Positions 28,150-40,273 are shown, numbered from the stretch's first letter. The stretch: 64,000 nt of DNA from Hemiscyllium ocellatum (GCF_020745735.1 NC_083418.1:6173374-6237373), one strand, 5' to 3'. The notes: a model not told the origin generated them from the letters alone. Numbers and translations: made by a program.

Positions 28150-29026
28150 CTTGGGTTCATGAAAGGCAGGTCATGTTTAACTGATTAATTGGAATTCTTT
28201 GAGTTCATAATGAGCGTGGTAGACGATGGGGAACTGGTAAAGTGGTATATCTGGATTTCCAAAAGGCATTCAGCAAGGTGCTGCACAAAAGGCTGCTGCA
28301 TAAGATGAAGATGCACAGTGTTATGGGCAATGCATTAGCATGGATAGAAAACTGGTTAACTAACAGAATGCAAAATGTGGGGATGAATGGGTGTTTTTTT
28401 GGTTGGCAATCAGTGGCGAGTGGTGTGTCTCAGGGATGAGTGTTGGGACTGCAATTGTTTACATTGTTGGGATTGCAATTGTTTACAATTCAGGTAGATT
28501 GCTTCGAGTTAGAGACCCAAGTGTAGTGTGTTGTAGTTCGCAGAAGGCACTTAAATGAGTGATAGAGCAAAGTGCGCAGGAGGATATAGACAGGTTAAGA
28601 GAGTGGGCAAGAGTCTGGCAGATGGAGTACAATATTAGTAAACGTGACGTCATCCATTTTGGTAGGAATAATAACAAACAGAATGCTGCTGTGCAGAGGG
28701 ACCTGGGTCTTCTTGTGCATGAAACATAAAAGTGTGGTTTGCAAGTGCAGTATCTAATTAGGAAGATAATTGGAATAATGTCATTCATTGGCAGAGGATA
28801 GAGTTTAAAATTAGGACTTTCCGCTGCAGCTGTGTAGGGCGCCGGTGTGGCCACGCCTGGAGTACGCTATATACTTTTCATCACCTTACATGAGATGGCA
28901 CTGGGGTGGGGTTTGCTGAGGAGGTTGATTACGTTGATTCTGGAAATGAGGGGGTTGGCTTATGAGGAGAGTTTGAGCAGACTGGGATTATACTCATGGG
29001 AATTCAGAAGAATGTGGGGGGGGGTT
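28150..29026 (+). mobile_element. CR1 LINE reverse transcriptase fragment, frameshifted
   Basis: ORF 28242-28439 VYLDFQKAFSKVLHKRLLHKM...IENWLTNR...GVSQG, preceded by GFMKGRSCL and followed by YEESLSRLGLYSWEFRRM. Confidence 0.9.
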
Positions 29027-29629
29027 AATTGAATGAATTGAATGAATTTAATGAAATGAATTTAATGAAATTTAATTTCATTCAGCAACCAGTGCCCCCC
29101 GCCCAACAGTGTCTTGATTTCACATGAAGAGAAGCGATTTCCCTGAAGACAGGTATCTGTAATATTGGTGATCTATGGAAGATACCGAGATGGATCAGAC
29201 AATTGACACTTTGGGCTGATGATTGCTGTGACTGCTTCAGCCTTAACTTTTGCGCGGATGTGTTTTGCTCTCCAAAGCAGAGCAAGGAGATATCGGTGGA
29301 GCTTATTCCTTCAATGAGTCGTTTAATTATCAACTTTAATTCATGACTTGATGTGGCAGCACTGCAAGCTCAGACCCCAGTTTCCTGAATTAATGGTCTA
29401 GCCACAATATCTCCAGACTATAACTCCAACCCCCATTCCATGATGTGGATATGCACAACAAAAGATCGCTTATCCTTTGCATTTGTAGATTCCAACAATG
29501 CATCGTACATTCGCTTAATTTGTTCGTCTTGAAAATGCTTCACTTCACATATTTTAGGATATAATGTTCTGTTTTCAATTTTTCTCTCCAACAGGCAAGG
29601 TCATCGATGTCACGTTGGCTTTTCTCCTC

Positions 29630-29950
29630 ATTAATTGCAAAACCAAACGTTTTTCACCTCATTTTTGAACTTACTGATCAAAGTTGCTACGTCCTTGACT
29701 AGATCCTTCATTTACGCTGCAAACAGCAAAGGATCCAGCACCAAGTCCGAAAGTAAGCCACTGGACACAAGATGTCTTCACAATGACTACCTTCGTCCAT
29801 TACATTCTGCCAACAAATAAACCTTCGATGCATTTGCCAAACTGCACCAGATCCAATGAACCCTGAGCATATTGAAGATGCAAGATCTGGTCAAAAACCT
29901 GATTAAAGTCAAGAAGCATTACATCCACTTTTTACACCCGATGACACATC
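29630..29950 (-). mobile_element. Highly degenerate CR1 RT fragment
   Basis: The reverse complement of ~29700-29745 reads GGTGCTGGATCCTTTGCTGTTTGCAGCGTAAATGAAGGATC, a decayed VLGPLLF..YINDL motif. Confidence 0.6.
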
Positions 29951-31169
29951 TCATTGCCTCTCTGGAAAACAGAATCAACCACTTCCGATATGATATCACT
30001 TCCACAAAAGCCATGCTGAATTTTATTGCTTAAACCTTACAATTCCAACTTTTAATGAATGCTGTCTCTTAGATTTATTTATTAATTTCCCTCAAGCTTT
30101 CTACTTTTAAACATAGGTTGATGAGCGAAACCACATATTGTCATTTCACTCCTTTCACCCGGTGATAACTCTTTTTATCTTTCTGACAGATAATTTACTC
30201 TAGCTGAAATAATCTTGTGTCTCTTCTGTTTCACTCTGGAAAATGGGAATGGAATTGAATACAATATTGAGACCAACAGCAATCTGTCCGTTTGTCCTTG
30301 ACACTGTCAGTGTGTTCACCCTCAGAGGTAGGAAGATTGTTTGTGCTGATAATACGGAAAGTAGCGCCTGGTATATCATTCTCAACTGGCGCGCAACTTC
30401 CAGTTTCTATGTGCCAGCAGCAAGCCACACATCTGACTTCTGATCAGAAAAAAACCCAGGGGATACAATCTGGCAGAACCGTCTGCCAATGTGGCTTATA
30501 TCAGCACACAGAGTGTGAAGCGATCGCATTGAAGTGACATTTGCAAATTGACCTTTCGATCTCTATTTCACGGTCTGATTCCAAGACTTCGTTGGACGAG
30601 TCTCTCGACTATCTAACAAGCTCATTCGATTTACTAATGTCTGGAATACATTGACATGCACCTTTTCATGTCTTTGATCTTGTACTACTTCTTACTCTCT
30701 CTTCAGATTTAATGTTCCCAGCTTTCCTGTTTGACCTATTTCTTAAATTTTGATCAACTAAACAAATAATACAGTTTTTTACAGACAGGTATGTTGGTGT
30801 GTCCGATTGACAGAATCAATATATGGAGAGATCACCTTGTCTGTATCTAACTCTGACCGACATTGAATTTAAAAAAGCCACAGCACTGTATGGTTTCAAA
30901 CTTTGCAAATCCTCTCTCTTTGATAGAGCTTGTTCTAATGGTTAATTCTTTTCTTGATTATTTCAGAAACTATGACTAAAAATCCCTATTTTTAACAAAG
31001 TTTCAAATATTATTAAAAGTTGCAGCACTGGCATTTCCTACAATGAGCTTTGTGGTGTTTAAATGTTTTGGTCAGAACGAAGACTGAAACATTGGTTTCT
31101 CTGAGTTCCCAGCCATTGCCCCTGCAGTTCCATAATAACTGCAAGCTATTGATAAGCCCCAGAATGTCC

Positions 31170-32100
31170 AGGCCCTGTACACATCCAAAAGCCATGATGT
31201 AGGCCTCGAAGCTCTCCATTTCTTCCTGTCACGTCAACCCAAGCAATACATGCTCAACCTCAACTATATTTCCTTTCAATCCTCCCACTTCCTCCAAACC
31301 AAAGGGGTAGCCATGGACACAGTGGCACAGTGGTTAGCACTGCTGCCTCACAGCGCCAGCGACCTGGGTTCAATTCCCGCCTCAGGTGACTGACTGTGTG
31401 GAGTTTGCACATTCTCCCCGTGTCTGCGTAGGTTTCCTCTGGGTGCTCCGGTTTCCTCCCACAGTCCAAAGATGTGCGGGTCAGGTGAATTGGCCATACT
31501 AAATTGCCCGTAGGTAAGGGGTAAATGTAGGGGAATGGGTGGGTTGCGCTTCGGCGGGTCGGTGTGAAGTTATTGGGCCGAAGGGCCTGTTTCCACACTA
31601 GGTAATCTAATCTAATCTAACCTGGATGGACCCCAGCTATGCCTGCCTCTTTGTCAGATATGTGGGACAGTCAATCTTCCACAGCTACACGCGTATCGTT
31701 GTCCACCTTTACCACCGCTACATTGATGACTGTTTCAACGCCACCTCATGCAACCACTAGGAGGTTGAACAGTTCATCAACTTTACTAAAACCTTCCACA
31801 CTGACATAAACTTTACAGGGACCATCTCGGACACCTCCCTCCCTTTCCTAGACCTTTCCATCAGTGACCAACTAAACATTTACTACAAGCCCACTGACTC
31901 CCACAGCTACCTGGACTACACCTTCTCCCACCCGACCTCCTGTAAAAATGCCATCCTTTATTCTCAATTCCTCTGCCTCCACCGCATCTGCTCCCAGGAG
32001 GACCAGTTCCACCATAAAACATCCCAGATCCTTTATCAAATACTGTAATTTCCCCTCCCACATGGTCGATGATTCCCTTGAACCCCATCCCTCCAATCGC
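31170..32100 (+). mobile_element. Penelope-like element RT fragment interrupted by a SINE
   Basis: HFLQTKGVAM before the SINE. After it come a GPSYACLFV-like segment and RYIDDCF (CGCTACATTGATGACTGTTTC, ~31717-31737). Confidence 0.8.
31315..31620 (+). mobile_element. tRNA-derived HE1-type shark SINE with (TAATC)n tail
   Basis: GTGGCACAGTGGTTAGCACTGCTGCCTCACAGCGCC...GGGTTCAATTCCCG A/B-box head. Near-identical body at 61481-61766. Confidence 0.85.
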
Positions 32101-32140
32101 AACAGGGACCCCTCCTGGTCCTCATCTGTATGTCCACTGT

Positions 32141-32724
32141 ATGCCAATGACTTAGTTAAAACATTAAAGCAATTACAGCTTCAAACATTTACAAAATATC
32201 ACTATGGATCTTCCTTGAGTCCAAAAAAATGCCTCTTTGATCAATGATTTCTAAAATTTGCTCCCTTATCTGTTGTGTAAGACGTTTTCAAATAACTTGA
32301 AGTGCAAATGGTTCACATCAGTCGGAATACAGTAACATTTCATGTGTTACCCCACACAAAAAAAAACAAGCAATTTTGTTGTCACGAGTGTCTCTAAGCA
32401 AGTCTAGGATGGACTGTTTTATCAAACAAAATCATTTCCAATTTTGTGAGAGCTAGTCTATCTTCTGGGCAATGGTCTGAATTTTGTGTCTGAATGCAGA
32501 TGTAACTGGTTGTTCTGGGTAAAAGTACATTTTGTGCCTTTCGCATTGTTAATGTATATTGCTGACTTTAGTTGAATAAAGTGATGTTGTCCTAGGCATC
32601 GTCTGGCACTATTAATTAGACCATTAATTTCCACATCACTAGCCGGAGAGTCAGGTGGAGTTTATTGATATCATTGAACTGAAGGCTTGGAATATTTCTG
32701 GTGTGAATCACATGAATTAGAGCC
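32141..32724 (+). repeat. Left arm of ~580 bp diverged inverted repeat
   Basis: Collinear with the reverse complement of 34377-34952, e.g. AAACATTTACAAAATATCACTATGGATCTTCCTT and GGCATCGTCTGGCAC..ATTAATTAGACCATTAATTTCCACAT in both arms. Confidence 0.9.
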
Positions 32725-34376
32725 TCTGAACGAGACAAAGTAGGAAAGATGAATTTAGGAAAGATGAAGTTTTCACGACAGAGAGAGATCACTTCGCCCA
32801 TCACACCTGTATCACGTGAAAACAGAACCTTCCAGCCAACACCCACTTTACAGCATGTTGTCCATAACCCTGCAGCTGATAGCACTTGAAGTAAACATTC
32901 GGGAACGTTGTGTAGGTCTAATCCATTATCAATATAGATATGATCTCCAATGCTGTAAATCCTGGATTATGGAGACAAAAAGTAGGGGCAGAACATCCAT
33001 TTCTAAATGTTGTTTTTCAGGACATTTTGACAATTCTTGACTTAATATCATTGTAAACTGACATGAAAAAAAATACAGACATGTTCCCTAGAAATGCTGA
33101 CAGCAACATACCTTTGCTCAGCCAAGATCAGCAACATGAATTAAGAAAGTTTTAAAAAATCTTTCTTTTAACTGATTATTGACTTCACGGATTTCACAAA
33201 GTGAAAAGTACAGAAGGGAAGGGTTGGTGGGGGGGGGGGGGGGGGGCGCTTGGTGTGTGTGGACGATGTTCACTTGTGAGAAACAAAGCTCACACACTTC
33301 AGTAATTTCAGTCCAAGACAAAATCTGAATCAGTGGTGCCCTTTATTTTACTCTTGCAAGATGGTGTGATGTCCACTGTCGACAAGGCAGGGACACACAC
33401 ACTGAATTAAATTAATACACGATATTTATGTAATTTGTTTTTTTTATTTCATTGCTCCTCCCCGTTTAAATCTTCCACTTCCCTAAGACCGGCGCCCATC
33501 ACACCTGTTTATCTCTTGCCTTATCCGGGCTTGTCTGTGAGAAAATGCTTATTTTCTGGCCTCACAAGGCTGTTTGACCTCAACCCGCTGTGGGTCATTG
33601 TTAGGCATATCCGTTCTTCACCATTATCTATTCCCTCCATCTGCGCCTTCCCCTACCATACTGATCTTTATGACCCTTTTAATTAGGGTTTGTTCCTGTG
33701 TTTCAGTAAAAGTGGGAAACAGATGTTTATACCAACTGTTTGTACAGGCGTATCTAGCTTAACTCCCTCCCCTCACAGCATCTTATCTATTCGTCTGTCA
33801 TATCTACCATTGTTTTGCAGTCACGTTTCATTCTCGCATACAATTTTAGCTAATGCAAAACAACAATTATGTATTTCTTCCACATAGTTTCCATTCTTGT
33901 TGACTCAGCTCTTGGCTGAAACAATTACACACTGGTGTGAATTCATTTACTTTGTATAAGTAATTATAATTGCAGAAGTTATATCCCACACACTGTTCCC
34001 TGATATCTGGTTGCATTTGTGAGCAAAAGGTGAACCTGCGAACCAGATTCAGGGTGGTACTGCAGGTATTTCAGCAGATACTGTGTAAACGGAATTTTCC
34101 CATAAATCAGCAATGACATAAACATTTATTTTTATTGTGTTTGAAGCCAAATAAAATTGAACAATATTGTTGGACAAGTACCTTTCATTTCTTTGAACTA
34201 GTATCAAGGGACACTCTCTGTGGACCTGGGGTGGCAGGAGGATCGTTAACGGCAGAATGTGAGGGAACAAAGTTACCATTGGAAATCCAGATAGACTGGA
34301 ACTTGTTTCACTGGAGGGTGAGAGTTCGGGGAGTGACCTCATATAAGTTTATAAAGCCATGAGTGGAAAGGTGAAT

Positions 34377-34952
34377 GGCTCTAATTTACATGATTCATCT
34401 CAAAAATATCACATAACAATAAACTCCACCTGACCCTCTGGCTAGCAATGTGGAAATTAATGGTCTAATTAATGGTGCCAGACGATGCCTGGGGCAACAT
34501 CCCTTTTTTCAACTAAAGTCAGCAATATACATTAACAATGTGAAAGGCACAAACTGTACTTTTACCCAGAGCAGCCAATTTCATCTGCAGTCAGACACAA
34601 CTTAAAATTCAGACCATTGCACAGAAGATAGACGAGCCCTCACAACACTGGAAATGATTTTGTTTGATAAAAGAATTCATCGTAGACTTCGTCAGAGCAA
34701 CTCATGTCAACAAACCTTGTTTTTTTTGTGTGTGTGGGGTAACACACGAAATGTCAGTTTAATACGATTGATGTGAACCACTTGCATTTCAGAAGTTATT
34801 TGAAAACGTCCATTGCATTAGATACGCGAATAAATTTTACAAATCATTGATCAAAAGGGACAATCTTTTTTGGACTTAAGGAAGATCCATAGTGATATTT
34901 TGTAAATGTTTGGAGCTGGGATTGTTTTCAATTTTGACCCAGGCATTGGCGT
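34377..34952 (-). repeat. Right arm of ~580 bp diverged inverted repeat
   Basis: See left arm. The spacer is ~1.65 kb. Confidence 0.9.
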
Positions 34953-34985
34953 ATTTTCCCTATGGTGGGGGATTTCAACAATAGG

Positions 34986-36761
34986 GAACATAGAACATAG
35001 AACATAGAAAAATACAGCGCAGTACAGGCCCTTCGGCCCTCAATGTTGCGCCGACCGAATCCTACCTAACCTACACTAGCCCAATAACTTCCAAATGCCT
35101 ATCCAATGCCCGCTTAAATGACCATAATGAGGGAGAGTTCACCACTGCTACTGGCAGGGCATTCCATGAACTCACAACCCGCTGTGTAAAGAATCTACCC
35201 CTAACATCTGTCCTATACCTACCACCCCTTAATTTAAAGCTGTGTCCCCTAGTAACAGCTGACTCCATACGCGGAAAAAGGTTCTCACTGTCAACCCTAT
35301 CTAAACCCCTAATCATCTTGTACACCTCTATCAAATCTCCCCTAAACCTTCTTTTCTCCAATGAGAACAGCCCCAAGTGCCTCAGTCTTTCCTCATACGA
35401 TTTTCCTACCATACCAGGCAACATCCTGGTAAACCTCCTCTGCACTCGTTCCAATGCCTCCACATCCTTCCTATAGCATGGCGACCAAAACTGCACACAA
35501 TACTCCAGATGAGGCCGCACCAGAGTCTTATACAACTGCAACATGACCTCAGGACTCCGGAACTCAATTCCTCTGCCAATAAAGCCCAGTACACCATATG
35601 CCTTCCTCACAGCACTATTTACCTGGGTGGCAACTTTCAGAGATCTGTGTACATGGACACCAAGATCCCTCTGCTCATCCACACTACCAAGTAGCCTACC
35701 ATTAGCCCAGTAATCCATCTTCTTGTTACTCCTACCAAAGTGAATGTGTCACACTTCGCTACATTGAACTCCACTTGCCACCTTTCTGCCCAGCTTTGCA
35801 ACTTGTCTATATCCCGCTGTAACCTGCCACATCCTTCCTCACTATCCACAACTCCACCGACTTTTGTGTCATCCGCAAACTTACTCACCCAGCTTTCAAG
35901 CCCCTCCTCTAGATCATTTATAAAGATAACAAAAAGCAATGGTCCCAAAATAGATCCTTGAGGTACACCGCTAGTAACTGCACTCCAAGATGAACATAGT
36001 CCATTAACTACTACCCTCTGTCTCCTTCCAGCCAGCCAATTCCTAATCCAAACCTCTAATGCACCCTCAATCCCATACCTCCGTAGTTTTTGCATTAGCC
36101 TACCATGGGGTACCTTATCGAACGCCTTACTAAAATCCATATACACAACATCTACTGCTTTACCCTCGTCCACCTCCTTAGTCACCTGCTCAAAGAACTC
36201 AAAGGTTTGTGAGGCACGACCTGCCCTTCACAAAACCATGCTGACTATCCTTGATCACGTTATTCCTATCCAGATGTTCATAAATCTTATCCCTTACAAT
36301 TCTCTCTAAGACTTTGCCCACCACAGAAGTCAGACTCACTGGCCTATAGTTACTCGGGCTATCCCTACTCCCCTTCTTGAACAAGGGGACCACATTCGCC
36401 ATCCTCCAGTCTTCTGGTACCATTCCCGTTGACAATGACAACATAAAAATCCAGGCCAATGGCTCTGCTATCTCCTCCCTAGCTTCCCAGAGGATCCTAG
36501 GATAAATGCCATCAGGCCCAGGAGACTTATCTATTTTCATCCTTTCCAGTATTCCCAAAACCTCTTCCCTACATACTTCAATGCCATCCATTCTAATCAC
36601 TTATGACTCAATATTCACACCAGCAACTGTGTTCTGTTCCTGAGTGAATACTGACGAAAAGTATTGATTTAGTGTCTCTCCAATCTCCACCGCCTCCACG
36701 CACAACTTCCCACTACTATCCTTGACAGGACCGATACCTACCCTAGTCATCCTTTTATTCC
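34986..36761 (-). mobile_element. 5'-truncated, relatively young CR1 LINE (ORF2 RT region and 3' end)
   Basis: ORFs 36199-36600 ([30 protein letters not shown]), 35637-36185 ([27 protein letters not shown]) and 35071-35718 (LVRPHLEYCVQFWSP). (ATAGAAC)n tail at ~34990. Confidence 0.96.
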
Positions 36762-36789
36762 TTTTTTTTACAATGAGAGTAGAAAATTT

Positions 36790-37030
36790 TTTAAAAAGAT
36801 ATCAGAGACAACTTTTTATACAGAGAATGGTTTGTGTGTGGGATGATCTGGTGGTGGATACTCACAACCTATATAAGACATTTGGATAAGTAAATGAATA
36901 TCAAATATTTGGAAGGATATGGGCCAAGTACACACAGGCGGGATTAGTTAAGTTTGGGATTATGACTGGCATGGACTGGTTGGACTGAAGTGTCTGTTTC
37001 CATGCTGTATCACTCCATGACTCTATGACT
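36790..37030 (+). mobile_element. Degenerate CR1 3' end fragment
   Basis: Resembles CR1 3' coding end and UTR (TTTTTATACAGAGAATGGTTTGTGTGTGGGATG...). Confidence 0.55.
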
Positions 37031-38236
37031 ATTTATCAATTTTTCTTAATATTAAACAGTGCTATAGTGATCCTCGAATGAACTGTTGATGTTTCGGGTT
37101 GTGTCTGAGACACTGCGAATATTTCCTTCAATGAGAGGAGTGACTAGTTCTCCAAGTTTCACAACTGAAAAATAAACTTTTCTCCAGTATTGTTGCTGAG
37201 TAGATTTGTTTCTGCAGAGGCAGTGGTTATGTTTTGCAGTTTGCTTTCCACCAACTGGTCAACAGTGAGACAAAATATCTTTGATCCACTGCAGAAACTC
37301 CACCTGCTTCCAGTAAATGAAACTGGAAACTCAAGGACCTTTTCTGCAGTCAGCTTAATTGTTGCTAACTATTGTATCTGGCCAATTAAAGGGAAAATGA
37401 ATCAAAGTAAAATCCTACCAAACAAACTATATTTTCCCTTTTACTCACAATGGATACATTTCACTTGGCATTTCTTCTTTAAAAAGGAAAGTCAGTGAAT
37501 ACAGCATTCATTGTATGACAATCAGAAACAGGACATTGAATGCAGTGACATTCTGGTTAGTTCAGCCTGTTTATTGAGTATCTTTAAAGTTCCTGAATAT
37601 GAAGTTAATGGATCCAAAATTCCACATTGCAGTAACATCTGTTATCATCTCAAAGTAAATTAACAAAGTTGAATTGGTTCAAACTCACATCACTTGTTGC
37701 TAGTGATCAATGCTAATCACCATTCTCTGATTCATGTATCTCATTAAAACTGAGTGGGCCCTTTATACACTGGTGTCGTGTAACAACAAATTTCTGTTTA
37801 TTTTTATGAGTTAACTGCCCCTGTCAGAGCTATCAGTGAGCAGAGAAATGTACTGTTTATAACCTACATGCGTGGTAATGATTATTGTAATACTCTCTAA
37901 TTTAACCAAACACTCCTGATGTACTCAGACAGTTACCTGCAATGGTTTAGATGTTGAGGATTTAAAAAAAAACGTATGGACTGTCTTGTTCTAGTTTATT
38001 AGATGCTTTTTCAAAAGTTTACCTAGGTGTCATGTATCACTGCCAACTCACTTTTTGTTTCTCAGGCACATAGCTTTCCTTTACTATACATTTTAGGGTT
38101 GGAGCAATTTGGAAAAAAAAAGATGCAAGAAGAGACATTCTGCAATGTAAGGAGGTGCTTCTAATCTCCAGGCCCAAACTGTTTAGTGACACACTCACAT
38201 TCTGAACATAATCACTTTAGACATGCTCCATATTAG

Positions 38237-38660
38237 GGGTTGCCTAAATTGAATTTAGAAACTCAGATTAGAAATGGTATGTTATTTTATAAGGAGAAAG
38301 AGACTTTGAGTGACAGCAAAAATAAAGTCACTAACTATGTTGGTTAATGATATTATTGAAGTTCTTTTTAGCTTTATCTGCTTGTGGTGAAATGTAGAAT
38401 TAAAGGGAGTTAACTTCTAATTGAATATTCTAAATTTAACCATTTTGGACACGCTCTGTATTCAGTTGCCTAAATTGAATTTTGAAATGTTTAGTATGAA
38501 TTACATGTTATTTTGTAGTGGGACAGACTTGTAGTGTCCAGGGGGAGAAACAAAGCTCAATTGTTTTACTAGCTAGTAATATGTTTGAACTTTGATTTTA
38601 GTTTTATCTGCTTGTAAGTGAATGTAGAAATAAATGGAGCTAACATCAGATTGAATTTGT
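38237..38660 (+). repeat. Diverged tandem duplication (~228 bp period) upstream of the VH promoter
   Basis: GTTGCCTAAATTGAATTT at ~38239 and ~38465. TTAG(C/T)TTTATCTGCTTGT..GTGAA(A)TGTAGAA occurs in both copies. Confidence 0.75.
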
Positions 38661-38915
38661 TTTTTAAAAACAAAATACTTGCAACTATCATGTGAAACAG
38701 ACCTGAAGCTACTCAATTTTACTTGCACCATTTAAAAAACATACTCCCAAAGAAGTTATTCAGCAAAATAAATACCCCAAGATGTGTAAATATCCATGTT
38801 TAAGCGAAACCTCATAAATACATGAGCCCATGTTTTCGGGCTGTGAGCTGATACCAGGATCCAGTCTCAGCCTCCAGCAGGAAACCAACAAGCAGAAGCT
38901 GTAAGCTTGCCCTTT

Positions 38916-38931
38916 CCAATGGCCATATAAA
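38916..38931 (+). promoter_or_regulatory. Putative VH promoter: CCAAT (38916-38920) and TATAAA (38926-38931)
   Basis: Motifs lie ~90-100 bp upstream of the leader ATG at 39019. No ATGCAAAT octamer was seen nearby. Confidence 0.6.
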
Positions 38932-39018
38932 TCCTAGACACTGGACCGTGATTCAACACTCCTGGATCGGCTTTGTTTAGAAAAACCTTGACAGAACCGC
39001 TTCCCAGAAGTTATCCGA

Positions 39019-39067
39019 ATGATTGTGTCGACAATTTTTCTCATTTTATTACTGACTTTCTTATCAT
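39019..39067 (+). CDS. IGHV: VH leader exon MIVSTIFLILLLTFLS(C)
   Basis: Hydrophobic signal peptide with phase-1 donor GTGAGT at 39068. Intron runs to AG at 39194-39195. Confidence 0.92.
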
Positions 39068-39195
39068 GTGAGTGTTTTTTGTTCAAGTCTGTCTTTGTCA
39101 CTGTCTCAATGTTAGTCTACCGCAGGAATGTAAAAGACTCAGGCATCATTTCATCTGCATTAATGCTCATGATTTATTTGTTTTCTTTTTTAAAG

Positions 39196-39498
39196 GTGTC
39201 CAGTCGAAGATTGTTTTGACTCAGCCAGAGGCAGACTGGCCATCCCGCAGGCAGCCTGGAACTGACCTGTAAAACCAGCGGGTTCAATCTTGGCAGCTAC
39301 TACATGAGCTGGGTCCGCCAGGTTCCCGGACAGGCCCCGGAGTGGCTGTTTTGGTAAAATACTCCAAACAGCAATTACTATGCACCAGCGATTAAGGGTC
39401 GATTTACTGCGTCCAAAGACACTTCAAACAACATTTTCGCGTTGGACGTGAATAACCTGAAGATCGAAGACACCGCCATCTATTATTGTGCAAGATAC
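39196..39498 (+). pseudogene. IGHV: VH exon (pseudogene): [13 protein letters not shown] / frameshift / [86 protein letters not shown]
   Basis: Canonical Cys, WVRQ and YYCAR. The frame changes at ~39234, where the leader frame stops at 39270-39272. The V frame has TAA at 39355-39357. Confidence 0.95.
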
Positions 39499-39537
39499 CA
39501 TGGCGAGAGGAACCAGGGCTGGACCCGTTCAAAAACA
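39499..39537 (+). promoter_or_regulatory. VH 23-RSS with non-canonical heptamer: CATGGCG - 23 bp - TCAAAAACA
   Basis: Nonamer at 39529-39537. The 23-bp spacer places the heptamer at 39499-39505, which has CAT instead of CAC. Confidence 0.85.
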
Positions 39538-39890
39538 GCTAGAGGGAACATTTTGTCAATTCCATCATAAACTGACGGTCAGTTTGAGTTTTAAATGCAA
39601 TTATACCAACTGAAGCAGACCTCAGGCTGCCTCTGACAAAGCTATCAAAGAGGAAATGTATCATTTAAACTAGCAAACTGGTGACACAATGGGACAATGT
39701 TTTGGACATGTCATATGTACTGCTAACACTTGCATCAATTAAATGCTCGAACAAAATGTTAATTTTAATATATCTGACAGCTCAGGAAATCACTGCTAAT
39801 TGTTATGTCAACTATGGCATTCATTCTAAACATGATCAGTACTAAATGGCTCTTTCAAATGACAATTGAGACCTTGAGTAAAGAACAGAG

Positions 39891-39970
39891 AATGAGTGTA
39901 TTGGTCTACATCATTGTGATACTACAGTGGGTCACAGTGTGGTGCATAGCGACATCCTCATACAATAATC
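39891..39970 (+). other. D1 segment ATACTACAGTGGGT (39919-39932) with 5' 12-RSS and 3' 22-RSS
   Basis: AATGAGTGT-12-CATTGTG [D1] CACAGTG-22-ACAATAATC. Reads YYSG in one frame, like shark DH1. Confidence 0.9.
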
Positions 39971-40273
39971 ACTGACAAGGATTTATCTCAAATTGGTGAT
40001 TTCTACCGTGGCAGGAGCGTGAAATAATGTGAGATGCAATTTAAACGCAATCCCGTCGTGGTAGTTTGTACAAATGAATAATTTCTTTCGACCTTCTTCG
40101 TGTTGATTGTCAAGTTAAATGCAGACCAAACCTGGAAAAGTATTCCAAGCTTTCAAAATTCAATGAATAACAAAAGCTGAAATAATGCACCAAATCATTT
40201 TTAGAGGAGTCTGAATCACTGCTTTCTAGGAAGTGAAGAAATTATCTGCATTTTACAGTTTACAGACTGTCAT

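Noticed and set aside
30243-30443. ORF with chemokine-like stretch (CP...VFTLRGRKIVCAD...W) and, in another frame, a V-like SLTLS...IRKVAPG
   Set aside because: There is no CC/CXC motif, signal exon or convincing splice sites, and an in-frame stop lies 11 codons upstream. The V-like frame lacks the conserved Cys/Trp/YYC pattern and an RSS. A TBLASTN hit to chemokines would reopen it.
31315-31400. tRNA gene at SINE heads (also 43152, 50000, 61481)
   Set aside because: A/B-box-like heads run directly into the SINE body with no complete cloverleaf.
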